Of a DNA stretch of 64,000 nucleotides, positions 51,850 to 64,000 are shown piece by piece (the stretch's first letter is position 1; every line of letters starts with the position of its first letter). The DNA comes from Mobula hypostoma (lineage: Eukaryota), in the NCBI RefSeq assembly GCF_963921235.1, contig NC_086097.1, forward strand, positions 80,168,001-80,232,000, written 5' to 3'. Below the pieces are notes generated by a model. The model saw nothing but the letters and a program-made list of their open reading frames with translations. It was not told the origin of the DNA and did no database searches. A program made the position numbers and the translations under genes.

Positions 51850-54395
51850 TGATAAGGGAAAGGTCAGAGCCTCAGCAATTCACATTTGGAATCAACAATT
51901 TTGCTGAGACCAAAAGTCGTGGTTCCAAGGTTGTTGATGATTCAATACCCAGTGGGGTTTCAAGCAGGGAGAAGGATAGAAAAGAAGGTTTGAAGAGGAT
52001 AAAAACAGGATAAGTGAATGGATGAATAAATGACAGATAGTGGGGAAAAATTTGAGGTCACCACATTGGTTCACAAAACTGAAAAAGCGGAATATATTCA
52101 CATGGTGACAGGCTGTGAAATACGGTGTATATAGTCACTGAAAGCCAACATGCAGGTGCAACAAGTGGTTAGATAGACCAGCGTCATATTGCCCGTCATT
52201 ATGAGATGATTTGAATGCAGGAGTAAAGAGATTTTATTGTAATTTCAATGTATTTTAGTGAAATTTGGTGCATTGTGTACAGCTTCAATCTCAATAGCAA
52301 TGATCTTTCAAAAATCATTGGAGTCTGGCATGGTGCCAGAGGAATGGAAAATTGCAAATGTCACTCCACTCTTTAACAAAGGAGGAAGACAGCAGAAAGG
52401 AAATTACAGACCAGTTATCCTGACCTCGGTGGTTGAGAAGATGTTGGAGTCAATTATTAAGGATGAGGTTATGGAGTACTTGGTGACACAGGACAAGATA
52501 GGACAAAACCAGCATGGTTTCCTTAAGGGGAAAGTCTTGACTAACAAACCTGTTGGAATTCTTTGAGGAGATTTCAAGTAGGATAGGTAAAGGGGATGCA
52601 GGGGATGTTGTATATTTGGACTTTCAGAAAGCCTTTGACAAGGTACCACACATGAAGCTGCTTACCAAGTTAAGAACACATGGTATTACAGAAAAGTTAC
52701 TAACATGGTTAGAGCATTGGCTAATTGGGTAGGAAGCAGCAAGTAGGAATAAAAGGATCCTTTTCTGTTTGGCTGCTAGTGATTAGTGGTGTTCTGCAGG
52801 GGTCAGTGTTGGAACTGCTTCTTTTTATGCTGTATATCAATGATTTAGATTATGATTAGATTATGAAGTCACGTAGTCCGCTTTTATTGTCATTTAGTAA
52901 TGCATGCATTAAGAAATGATACAATATTAGATGATGGAATAGGTGGCTTTGTTGCCAAGTTTGCAGATGATATGAAGATTGTGGAGGGGCAGGTAGAGGA
53001 AACAGCTAGGCTGCAGAAGGACTTAGGCAGATTAGGAGAATTGGCGAAAAAGTGGCAAATGAAATACAATGCTGGAAAATGCAAGGTCATGCACTTCGGT
53101 AGTAGAAATAAATGTGGAGACTATTTTCTAAATGAGGAGAAAATCCTAAAATCTGAGATGCAAAGGGACTTGGGAGTCCTTGTGTAGAACAGCCTAAAGG
53201 TTAACTTACAGGAAGAATCTGTGGTGAGGAAGGCAAATGCAATGGTAGCATTCATTTCATAAGGTCTTGGATATAAGAACAGGGATCTGGTACTGAGGCT
53301 TTATAAGGCACTGGTGAGGCTTCACCTTGAGCATTGTAAACAGTTTTGGGTTCCTCATCTAAGAAAAGATGTGCTGGCATTGGAGAGGATCCAGAGGAGC
53401 TTCACAAGGATGATTGCGGGAATAAAAAGGTTATCATACAAGGAATGTTTGACAGCTCTGGGTCTGTAATCGCTGGAATTTAGAAGGATGAGGGGCGATC
53501 TCATTGAAATCTTTCGACCGTTGAAAAGCCTAGACAGAGTAGATGTGGAAAGGAAGCTTCCCATGGTGGGGGAGTCAGGATTGAGGGTGTCCATTTAAAA
53601 CAGAGGTGGAGAAATTTTTTTAGCCAGAGAGTGGTGAATTTGTGCAATTTGTTACCACGGGCAGCTGTGGAGACCAGGTCATTGGCTGTACTTAAAGCGG
53701 AGATTGATAGGTTCTTGACTGGACATGACATCAAAGGGGAGAAAAGGATCGGCTACGATTGAATGATGGAACAGACTTGATGGGCCAAGCCTGAATAAAT
53801 TCACTCCAGATCCTACACATTAAGGACATTTTTAAAAGGTTTTGTGACTACCCTTCAGGAAGTAGATTAAAAACTGTGAAGTATTTTGGCAGATCCTAAA
53901 CTCTAAAATACAAACTTTTTTATTTTACATCTGCAACCGTTCTCATGGAAAGTTTATCAAAGCATTTGATGGTTCTGGGCCTGTACTTGCTGGAGTTTAG
54001 AAGAATGAGGGGGATCTCATTGAAATTTATCAAATATTGAAACCCTAGATAGAGTGGATGTAGGCAGGGTGCTTCCAATCGTGGGGAGGTCCAGGACCAG
54101 AGGGCATAGCCTCAGAATAAAGGACATCATTGTAGAACAGAGATGAGGAGGAATTTCTCTAGCCAGAGGGTAGCAAATCTATGGAATTAATTGCCCCAGG
54201 CGACTGTGGAGGTCAAGTCATCAGGTGTATTTAAAGTGGAAGTTGATGGGCTCTTGATTAGTAATGGTGTCAAAGGTTACAGGGATAAGGCAGGAGAGTG
54301 GGGTTGAGAGGGATGATGGATCAGCCATGATGGAATAGCGGAGCAGACTCGATGGGCTGAGTGGCCTAATTCTACACCTATGTCTAATGGTCTAA
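51850..54395 (+). mobile_element. Cluster of CR1 fragments (old ~51850-52285; ~52293-53790; ~53940-54395) with a small Rex-type tail insert at ~52851-52926
   Basis: Repeated RT motifs (NYRPVILTS, KFADDMK) and two CR1 tails; the insert is flanked by TTAGAT. Confidence 0.85.
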
Positions 54396-54615
54396 ATCAT
54401 TGTCTATTACAGAGCAAAAATGGGCCTTGTCATCTAGTCTAATCTTGCTGAATTGCTTTCTATTTGCAATTTAAAATAATTGATGGATTTGCTTTGTTCT
54501 TGACTGTTCTGGGGATTCAGAAGATAAAACTGGAGGAACCATTACACTTACTTTGCAGCCTGTGTGTGACCAGAGATTATCAAAAGAATTAACAATTTAG
54601 GGCTGATTGACGAGG

Positions 54616-55400
54616 AGGAGCTTAGGAGGGTTAATGGCGCCTAATGACAACTCCTCTGCTTGCACCTTCGGAAACAGCTTTGTTTCCATCTTTAATATCT
54701 CTTTAATAACCTGGAGTTACACGCTGACCACATTTATTTGCAGGAATGGGACCTGCTCTCAGGTTTTCACGACTGGACATTATTCGGCATGCCAAGGGCG
54801 CGGCCTAATGAGCTTTGCTTGCCTTCGGAGGTTCGAGATTTCGTGGCTCTGGAGCCGGGGTGATCAGAGGTCGGTGTCCGGGCAGGAGATCGGTGTGTCA
54901 TGGGAGATGGAAGATCTAAGGCTGTGTGGCCAGAGATCTGAGATTTTTGGGCACAGAGCTTGGAAAGAGTGACGCAATGGACTTTTAACATCGTAAACCA
55001 ACATGTTGTTTGTTATGTCTCCCCTCTCACTGTGAAATGGAGACATCTCTTTCTCCCTTATTAGGGAGAGAGAGAGCCTGTGGTATGTTGAATACCGGGT
55101 GAGTGAGCAGTCTTTGGAGTACTTCAAGTCTGTGTCTTTGCTGTTACTTTGCTCACTCTTGAGTGCTTGGTGGTGGGTGCTGATGTTTTTTTTTGCCGGT
55201 GGGGGAGGGGGGATCACGGCTTGCTACCACTTATACGTGGGAGGGAGGGGAGCTGGGGGGGACTTTGGGGTTCTAACATTTAACTGTCATTCATTCTTTG
55301 GGGACACTCCGCTGTTTTCGTGGATGGTTGTGAAGAAAAAGCATTTCAGGATGTATATTGCATACATTTCTCTGACATTAAACATACCTTTGAAACCTTG
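54616..55400 (+). mobile_element. Non-autonomous ~0.8-kb retroelement, copy A
   Basis: Colinear with 56005-56805. Starts GGAGCTTAGGAG..ATGGCGCC, ends ACATTAAA..CCTTTGAAACCTTG, and has no credible ORF. Confidence 0.75.
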
Positions 55401-56004
55401 CATGATTGGGGTTGATTATGGATGTGGGGGAAAGGATTGGGCGAGGTAGCAGAGGAAGAGAGGTGGGCACGGAGGACTTTGAAGTTAGATAATTGGAGAG
55501 AAATGTACTGTATTATTTTGTATTCTGACTTATTCATTCTTATGTCTGTATATTCTATGCAAATCACACTCTGCTCATTGTTACTCATGTAATGTCCACT
55601 GTAAAGTTGCTTTCATTTCAGTTTTAAATTTTGTCTCTTCCCATCACCCCCCCCCCACCCCCGGCCTGCACAGGTAGGCAACTCACAGTATCCATTCCGC
55701 TAACAACAGTCAGCTGCCACTAGTTTGCAACGCATCGTCTGTTGCCTATTTAACCCCAGCTCTCATCCACAGTCCTCTGTCCTTTCATATGAACCAGACA
55801 GCCTCTACCAGTTGCTCTTCATCTCCTGTTGCCATGTGTTAAGTATCTGTTCTCTCTTGTTTTGTGGCCCCTCATGGCTTGCTATTTTGCAGTTTATTAG
55901 TAAAATATTGTTTACTGCTAAATTGTCTTCATTGCTCTGCTTTTGGGACAAGCCAGTCAGCCTCCTGCCTCAAAGCTCTGGAACTCAGTGCCTGAAATAA
56001 GCAG

Positions 56005-56805
56005 GTGGAACTTAGGAGACGATGACTCCTCTGCCTGCATCTTTAGAAACAGCTCTATTTCTATCTTTAACATCTCTGTTTTGCCCTTTCAGGGTTCCTT
56101 TGGAGACCCTGACTGGGAGTTACACGCTGACTTCAGTCCCCTGCGGGAATGGGACCTGCTCTTGGGGTCTCACGACCGGTTGCTATTTGATATGTCAAGA
56201 CCATAGCCTGGAAGATTGGTGCGCCTTCAGGGTTCCGGGATTTCGTGTCTCTGGAGGCGGGCAGACTGGAGGTCAGTGCCACCACCTGGTGTGTTGTGGG
56301 AGTACACAGAAGATCAAAAGCAGCAAGCCGGCTGCTGGCTGTGTGCCCAGAGACCAGAGTTCTTTGGGCACAGAACTCAGAAAAAGCAATGCAACAGACT
56401 TTTAACATCATAAATCAGCGAGCTGTTCGTTATGTCTCCCCACTCGTTGTGAAATGGGGACACCTCTTTTTCCCTTGGGGGGAGAGAGAAGGTCTGTGGT
56501 ATGTCAAATCACTGGATGAAAGAGTAGTCTTTGGCGTACTGCAAGTCTGTGTCTTTATTGCTGCATGCCCGAGTGCTCGGTGGGGTGGGGAATGCTATTT
56601 TTGCTGGTGGGGGAGGGGGGATCATTGCTTTGCTGCTGCTTGTGTGTGGGAGGGGTTGCTGGGGGGGACATTGGAGTTTTAACATTTAACTGTCATTCAT
56701 TCTTTGGGGCACTCCTCTGTTTTCATGGATGATTGCGAAGAAAAGGAATTTCAGGATGTATATTGTATACATTTCTCTGACATTAAATGTACCTGTTGAA
56801 ACCTT
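56005..56805 (+). mobile_element. Non-autonomous ~0.8-kb retroelement, copy B, nested in the chromovirus 5' region
   Basis: Diverged full-length homolog of 54616-55400. Confidence 0.75.
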
Positions 56806-59800
56806 TGACGAATCCCTAATCTGATGCCACAACTTCCTGTCCCAGTGCACCTTACACTTTGAGTTCTAGTCATCTCTCTATCCTACAGACTGAGCCAAGA
56901 CTGCTTTCATCATCTCTCTCCTGACTGGGTGAGCTCTAACCTGGTGTCCTCCAACTGGAACAATAAAACCAACACCTCCATTGAATATCATGAACTCTCT
57001 ACTGAGCTCTGCTGTGATTTTTGACTGTCCATGAAGTGGAAGGAAGCCAGCAGGTCGGATACTTTGCCTCAGCCAAGGTTTATACTTGGTGCTGGATTAC
57101 GCGGTGAAATTCAGGACCCTCGTGGCGCAGCGCACCTGGAATATGGAAGCACTCTGGCCCATTAACTTCGTGGCCTCCCACTGAAAGAAGAGCTGTCTGC
57201 CTGTGAGATGCCCACCAATCTCGAATACCTCATCACTCAAGCCCACCAAATTGATAAGCGTCTTACGGAACGAGCTCCCCAGATCATCAACCGGAACACC
57301 AGTTCCGTTCCCAGAGCCATTTCAGGCTGTCGGACCATCATCAACAAGGGCAGAATGCATGCATTTAGGGAGTGCTCCCCTCTCTCTCTCAAGAGTGAGA
57401 GCATCGGTGGAGAAACAACTTAAGTGCTTACTGTGGTGTCACCAATCACCCTCACAACTGCATCTGGGAAACTGCATCCGTGAAAGCGGCCACACCAGGT
57501 AGAAATAAAGGGCCACCTATCTGGTAAGCTCCCCCGGTCCCTCATTCCACTACCATTGCCTGACTCTTTCTCCCTGACTTCCTCCACACCCTGATGGCTC
57601 CACTGGTGGATTCTGGCGCAGCAGGCAATTTTCTGGACCAGACTCTGTGTGAGTGTGTAGCTTGGACTCCCTACCCCTTCTGCATCATGCTCAGTAATGG
57701 ACAACCTTGTTGTCAGGATGGCCAGATTGTGCACACAGCCTGTGGACATGACCATTGAAGAGCACTGCAAGTCCATCCAATTCCTCATGATCGACTGACC
57801 CAACACTCCTCTCATCTTGGGTTGCCTTGGTTTTCCACTCGTGACCCTCACTTCACATGATCATCTGGTTCTCTGCTGAGTTGGAGACCCACCTGCCTAT
57901 ACACTCAACTGACTTCACCTCATTAATCCATGGAGATAGAGAAACTCTTGACCTCACCAAATTCCCACAGGAATACCATGACTTAGCCATTGCCTTCAGA
58001 AAAAGGGTAGCCAGCACCCTACCACCTCACAGAACACTCGACTGCACAATTGACCTCCTCCTGGGCACCTTCATTCCTCAAGGTAATCTGTTCATCCTCT
58101 CCCCTTCTGAGACCCAAGCCATGAGTGACTACATCACTGAAGAGCTACAACACAACTACATTGGACCATCGTTGCCGGATTCTTCTTTGTCAAGAAGAAA
58201 GGTGGGGATCTTCGTCCCAGCATCGACTACTGTGGACTCAACAAAATCAACATTAAGAACCGCTACCCTCTCCCCTTGATGGATAGTGCATTTGAAACAC
58301 CCCATGGGGCCCAAATCTTCCCCAACTAGATCTACGGAGCACATACAACCTGATCTGCATCTGCCAGGGGGTGAGTGGAAGAAGACATTCACAACACCCA
58401 CTGGCCACTATAAATACTTGGTAATGCTTTTCAGACTTTTCAACAGTCTAGCCATTTTCCAAGTTTTCATTAAACGTGATCCTTTGAGACATGCTTCATA
58501 ATTATGTGTTCGCTTACCTCGACAACATCCTCATCTTCTTCAGGGACTCCCAAGACGATGTCCATTCAGTCCTTAGCGTCACCTCATAGACTAGCTGTAC
58601 TGCATGTTAGAAAAATGCCATTTCCACAACCCTGTCATTTCCTTCCTGGGTTATGTCCTTTCACCCCAAAGTGTAACCATGGACCCAGAGAAAGTGCGTG
58701 CAGTTGTTGAATGGCCCCCAAATGCATTTGTTGAAACAGCTACAGCGTTTCTTGGGCTTCTCAAGCTTCTACTGCCATTTCATCAGGAACTATAGCCAAT
58801 CACCACTCCTCTCACCTCCGTCACCAAATCACCTACCTCGTGGATAACCTGGTCTGCTGCTGCAGTCCACACCTTTGAGGAGCTCAAGAGACACTTCACC
58901 ACCGTTCCTATTCTCCACCATCTGAACCCCTCTGGAACTTTTGTGGTAGAGGTGGACACATCTGATGTGGGTACTTGGGCCATCGTCACCCAGTGAAGAT
59001 CGGATGGCGTCTTCTTCTCATGCAAGTTCATCTCTACACTCTGCCATTATGGTGACAAGGAGCTACTCGTAATTAAATGGACCTTGGAGGAATGGAGATA
59101 TTGGCTGATGGGAAACACTGAGCCTTTCCTGATCTAGGCTGATGACCAGAACCTCATATCCATTCAACAGAGCCGCCAACTGAACACATGTCTGGCTTGC
59201 TGGGCCCTCTTCTTCAAGCAATTTAACTTCACCATTTCCTAATGATCCAATTCTAAGAACACAAAGGCAGTTGCCCTGTCACGACATATCGACCTAGCAG
59301 AAATGGAGATCGACCCTCAGCCCATCATTCCATCCACCCTGATCTTCATCCCAATCATCTGGGATCTTGAGAACCAGATCCAATAGGCTACACAGCACGA
59401 GCTTGCTCTGGCCAATACAGCCGACAAACGTGGGTATATGCTGGCGGCCATGTGCTCTGGGGCACTCCAGTGGTCCTACTTCTCACCCCTATCTGGCCAC
59501 CCAGATGCCCAATGGACTCTGGATTTTCTGAGACAACAGTTCTGGTTGCCCAACATGATCACAAATGTACATCAATTTATTGCTGCCTGCACCTAGTCCA
59601 ATTCCTCCAACCAGCTGCCGTTTATGCTCCCCCAGTCCTAAGATGCCCATAATTCCACATCGCCATGGATTTCATCACAGGTTTGCCACCTTCCGACAGG
59701 GCCACGGTGATCATGACAGCGGTGGACGAATTCTCCAAGGTGGTCCATTTTGTTGCTCTCCCCAAACTTCTATCAGCCGCTGAGATGGCGGACCTAGTTT

Positions 59801-60404
59801 TCCAATATATGGTTCACCTCCATGGTTTCCCTCAGGACACCGTGTTGGACCAGGGCCCACAATTTGTCTCCTGCTTCAGGTGAGCCTTCTGCTCCCTTCT
59901 TCGCACCTCAGAGTTTGTCCTCTGGCTATTATCCACAAACCAATGGTCAATCAGAAAGAGCCAATCAGCAAGTAGAGATGTTTTTGCAATGCTTCGTCGC
60001 CTCTAACCCTTCACTTGAAAGATGTATCTATTTTGGGCCAAACTGTCACACAATCTCCACATATCCTTTGTTACAGGTATTTCACCCTTTGAAGGTGAAA
60101 TTGGCTACTAATCCCTGTTGTTCCTGCAGAGGAACCAAGAGTGGAGGTCCTGTCCTCCAGGATCCTAGTTCACCGATGTTGATTGTTTGGAAGAGGGCAT
60201 GGAGAGCCATCCTAGCTGCCAACTGTGCCTACTGCTTCCAAGCCAGCTGACATTGGCATCCAACCAGACTATTCTGGTATGGGGACTGTGTCTGGCTGCC
60301 CACCTGAGACCTGCCCCTGCGTACTGACTCCCGCAAACCCTTGCTCCAATTCATTGGTCTCTCTTACATTACCCATTCCATCAACTTAATCACTTGCCAT
60401 CTCT

Positions 60405-63271
60405 GCTTCTGCTTGGTACTGCGCAAGAACTGCCAGATGGCTGTTATAACGTGTCGTCGGTGTGAACGGCTTGCGAGTTAAATTGTAAAGTAAGCTTTTT
60501 TGACTAGATCCCTTAAATTGATTTGATTGAGTCTATCTTTAAAAATATTAATGTCAGAAATACTGCGCAGGTCCAGTGGCAGAAGATTCCACTCTCTTGT
60601 TGATCTGGGGTAGAGGGAGTACTGATAGCTAATCTTGTTGAATGAAGGAGTTTCCAATATGTGAGGTCCAGTTTGCTGTCGAGTTGAACTGACCCTGTGA
60701 CGAATTTGGTTGTTTGATGGAGCGATGTTGTGAACTTCTTTGAAAATGAAAATTAACCATAGTTTGATACATCAGTTTTCAAGTGGTTGCCATTGAAGGT
60801 TAGAGAGCATGTTGGTGACACTGGATTTCCTGCTGTAATTGTTTAACACAAAGTGAGCAGCACAGTGTTGGATTTTTTTGATGGACTTCTTATTGTTAGC
60901 TTGATGGGGATCCCATATGGCTGCGCAATACTCGAGCTTTGGACGGACGAGTGTCTTGTATGGAACGTCCTTGACGGATTTACTACATGAGTGGAGGTTT
61001 CTTCTCAGGATACCCAGCATTTTATTTGCTGTGGCTGTAATCTGATTGATGTGGCATGTCCAGTTAAGATCCTTGCTAATTTCAACACCAAGATATGGGT
61101 GGTGGGTGACTGTTTCAAGAAGCTGTCCATTCATGTCATATGTTGTGTTGATTGGTTTAACTTTGTGACTGACATGCATAGCATAACATTTAGATGAGTT
61201 GAAGAACATTTGCCATTGAGACTCCCATTGACATAATGAATCAATATCGTTTGGCAGCAGCTGAGCATCTTGGTCAGTTTTTTTATCTCACGGTAGATTA
61301 TGCAGTCATCTATAAAAAGTCTGACTTCGGACTTGACTATATTTGGCAAGTCATTGATGTAAATGAGAGAAAGTAAGAGTCCCAACACGGTCCCCTGGGG
61401 CATTCTGGATGTTACTGGAGATTCAGGGGACTCTGCCCCCTCAAGAAGCACACGTTGCTGTCTGTTGGTAAGGAACATGTTTAACCAATGTAGAAGGCTG
61501 TTGTTAATGCCCACATGTTCAAGCTTGTGTAGCAACCACTGGTGGGGGACCATGTCAAACGCCTTACTGAAGTCAAGTATGATCAAGTCTGCTTGGCTTC
61601 TATTGTCAAGGATCTTTGCAAAGTCGTTGATCAACCCTGCAAGTTGCGTGTCACAAGATCTGCCCAGACGGAATCCATGTTGATGGTGAGTAAGAGCATT
61701 GTGTTTGTCCAGATGGTCCATAATGGGACAGTGAATAATATGTTCAAGAATTTTACAGGGCATGGAAGTGAGTGAAACCGGTCTGTAATTTCCCGGGTTT
61801 GTATGCTCACCCTTCTTATAAATTAGAACGACATTTGCTTTCAACCAATCGCCCGGTAATGCCCCAGTATCAATAGATTTCTGGAATATCTTTTGCAAAA
61901 CGGGAGCTAGACTGGAAGCACAACTCTTTAGAATCATAGCTGGCATTTGATCAGGTCCTGGTGCTTTCTTAGGCTGTAATTCCTTGTGAAGCTTCTTAAC
62001 GCCTGTTACAGTTATAATGAGATCTGGCAAGCCTGAGGTATTGCGGGGGTCTAAAGTGGGGAGTTCATTCAAATTTTCCCTTGTAAACACAGAGTGAAAC
62101 TGTTGGTTAAGTGCTTGTGCTTTGTCTGCAGCAAGAGATACAATGCAGCCCCCAGATGAGAGAGAAGAAATTCCAAAAACTTCTTGCCTTGTAGATTTAA
62201 TAAAGCTCCAGAAGGGTTTGGTGTTGTCACTCTTTAAGCTCTCACCTATTACCTCATTAACGTACTGATGGTGAGCTTTCCTGATGTTTCTATCAATAAG
62301 TCGGCGCAAGGATTTAAACTTTTGCCAGTCTGCACTGTGACCAGATTTCCTAGCTTTATTGAACCTGGGAGAGCTCGTTTTAGAGGGGACATACTTATCA
62401 ATTGCTGCTTGAAGGACCTCTTGGAAGTTAGACCAAAGAATATTAATACTGACCGATGCTAAATATTCCTTAGTTAGTGACTGGTCAAAATCACTAACAA
62501 GTTTTGCAATTCCACTAAAATCTGCTTTCCTATACAGAAGTACTTTCCTTTTGCGGGGTTTAATTAATTTCACAGTAAGCTTTGCATTCATAACAACATC
62601 ATGGTCGCTAATCCCTGCAGTGACATGGTGATTCACAACTAAAGCTGGATTTAACTCAAAACCTAAGTCCAGTATGTTACTTTTTCTAGTTGGATGTCTA
62701 ACAATTTGTGTCACATTAAAATCAGCAACAATATCAAGCATTAGTTTACTAACTGCTTCATAGCTGCCCCCTTGGCAGACAATACTGCTGTCCCAATCCA
62801 CACTAGGCAAATTAAAATCTCCAAGAAGCCAAATAGATGCTGATTGAGGGATTTTTGAAAGAGACAAATCCAGTTCCTTTAAATAATCAACACCAAATGA
62901 TGGAGGACGATAGAATGCTCCAACATGTACCGGTTTTAGATCTTTAACATCCACAATTTGAATCAAGGGTATTTTCTTCAGTAACTATGTGAGTACTTTT
63001 CACTGCAATAAACACTCCACCATGGGAGCTAGAATTCCTGTCTTTCCTAAAAACCTGGAAGTAGGGGAGAAAGATTTCTCCCGAAGCAATGTCGTTGTTG
63101 AGCCATGACTTAGTACCAACTATTATGTTGGGATTTTCATCGTCGGTCAAGGCTTGAAAATTAGCTTTCTTTGCTCTCAAGCTCTGACAATTCATGTTTA
63201 TTATTTTTACAGTCTTAAACTTTTGCCGGATGCATGTCTTTATAGGTCTACGACTCTTCCCTTTAATTTTA
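60405..63271 (-). mobile_element. Invertebrate-type CR1-clade LINE (nearly complete ORF2), 5'-truncated, with a 6-bp TSD
   Basis: ATCTCT at 60399-60404 and 63272-63277. ORF2 runs from MNCQSL (63195) to a stop near 60480 with a few frameshifts. GCAGAAGCAG tail. Confidence 0.88.
61131..62966 (-). pseudogene. AP endonuclease plus reverse transcriptase (611-aa open segment)
   Basis: GAFYRPP, GDFNLPSVDW, SDHD, KAPGPD, NYRPVSLTS, QHGFRLGRSCDTQL, LDFSKAFD, PQGTVLG and LFIDDC (FADD altered). Confidence 0.9.
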
Positions 63272-63277
63272 ATCTCT

Positions 63278-63560
63278 AGCAGTCACCATCCCTCCGGATC
63301 ACACCTAACTTCCACGTATCTTGCCTCAAGCCCTTTGTCCGGAACCAAGAACGGTGGAAGGTTATTCAGTGTGCACAGTTCACCGGTTGATGGAAAGGTG
63401 TTGTCACGGATAGTGTGTACACCCCTGGTTGACTAGGAAGGGTACAGCTCGGAGGAGAAGTCTTGGGGGTCATCCAGTTTCATCTTGGATCCATCGCTCA
63501 CTGGTGAGTTCCACTGGACCCATCCGGATCATTTTGTGCCATCAGGTGCTGGTCACAGGA
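63278..63560 (+). pseudogene. Gypsy integrase C-terminus (GPY/F region) and chromodomain remnant
   Basis: PSLRITPNFHVSCLKP, then [29 protein letters not shown], followed by a G-rich PPT. Confidence 0.8.
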
Positions 63561-64000
63561 GGGTGGGGTGGGGTGGGGTGGGTTGGTCCTATTAGGCCTG
63601 CACAGGTTTGCAACTCCCAGTCTCCATCTGGCTAACAAGAGTCACCTCCACTCGTTTCCATCTCATCACCTGCAACCTATTTAAACCTAGCTGTAATCCA
63701 GTCCTTTGTTCACTCTTATGAACAAGCCATCCACTACCACTTGCTTCTAGCTTTCAGTTATCTTGTTGCCTTGTGGTGTTAAGTATCTGTTTTCCCTTGT
63801 TTTATGGCCCCTTGTGGCTTATTATTTTGGTAGACCACAAAACTGACCTGATTTTAATGATGTCTCAACCAATCTTTGTTCTTTCCTCACCACTGGTGCA
63901 CCCATGAGTTGAAACCCATTTCTTCAACACTAATCTTTGAGCCACACATTTATTTCTGTGACATGACCTTCTGCCAAGTTGTTCAGAAAGTAATCCAGCA

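Larger units (their letters stand above)
55588..63830 (+). mobile_element. Decayed chromoviral (sushi-like) Ty3/Gypsy retrotransposon: LTR, gag, PR, RT, RH, IN, chromodomain, LTR
   Basis: gag (LDYAVKFRTL, LITQAHQIDKRL, AYCGVTNHPHNC); PR (LVDSGAAGNFLD); RT ([40 protein letters not shown]); RH (FVVEVDTSDVG); IN ([27 protein letters not shown]). LTR homology between 55664-55890 and 63596-63829. Confidence 0.88.

Noticed and set aside
51681..52013. 110-aa ORF as a host gene
   Set aside because: Its second half is a decayed CR1 RT segment (PQQFTFGINN..SKVVDD); the first half has no recognisable homology.

Overview
Vertebrate-type, repeat-dominated non-coding DNA. The mix of CR1 LINEs, Rex1/Babar LINEs, V-SINE cores and Penelope-like elements suggests a cartilaginous fish, probably a ray (inference). 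I could not support any host protein-coding exon, rRNA, tRNA or CRISPR array, so the window is most likely intronic or intergenic. Roughly half of it is nested transposon debris: many CR1 copies; Rex1/Babar LINEs and non-autonomous derivatives; Neptune-type Penelope-like elements (PLEs); a Chapaev3 DNA transposon; a Harbinger deletion derivative; solo LTRs; two Ty3/Gypsy remnants, one with a chromodomain; and a CR1-clade LINE unlike the other CR1s here. The most interesting signals are: (i) minimal hammerhead ribozymes in the PLE termini, with one intact core at 1061-1106 on the minus strand; (ii) a recurring set of short palindromic elements built from two inverted PLE termini; (iii) a younger invertebrate-type CR1-clade LINE inside an old chromovirus, a horizontal-transfer candidate; (iv) several insertion junctions that record template switching. 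I found no evidence of a wholly new multi-gene system. All family assignments come from motif recognition by eye, and many boundaries are approximate.
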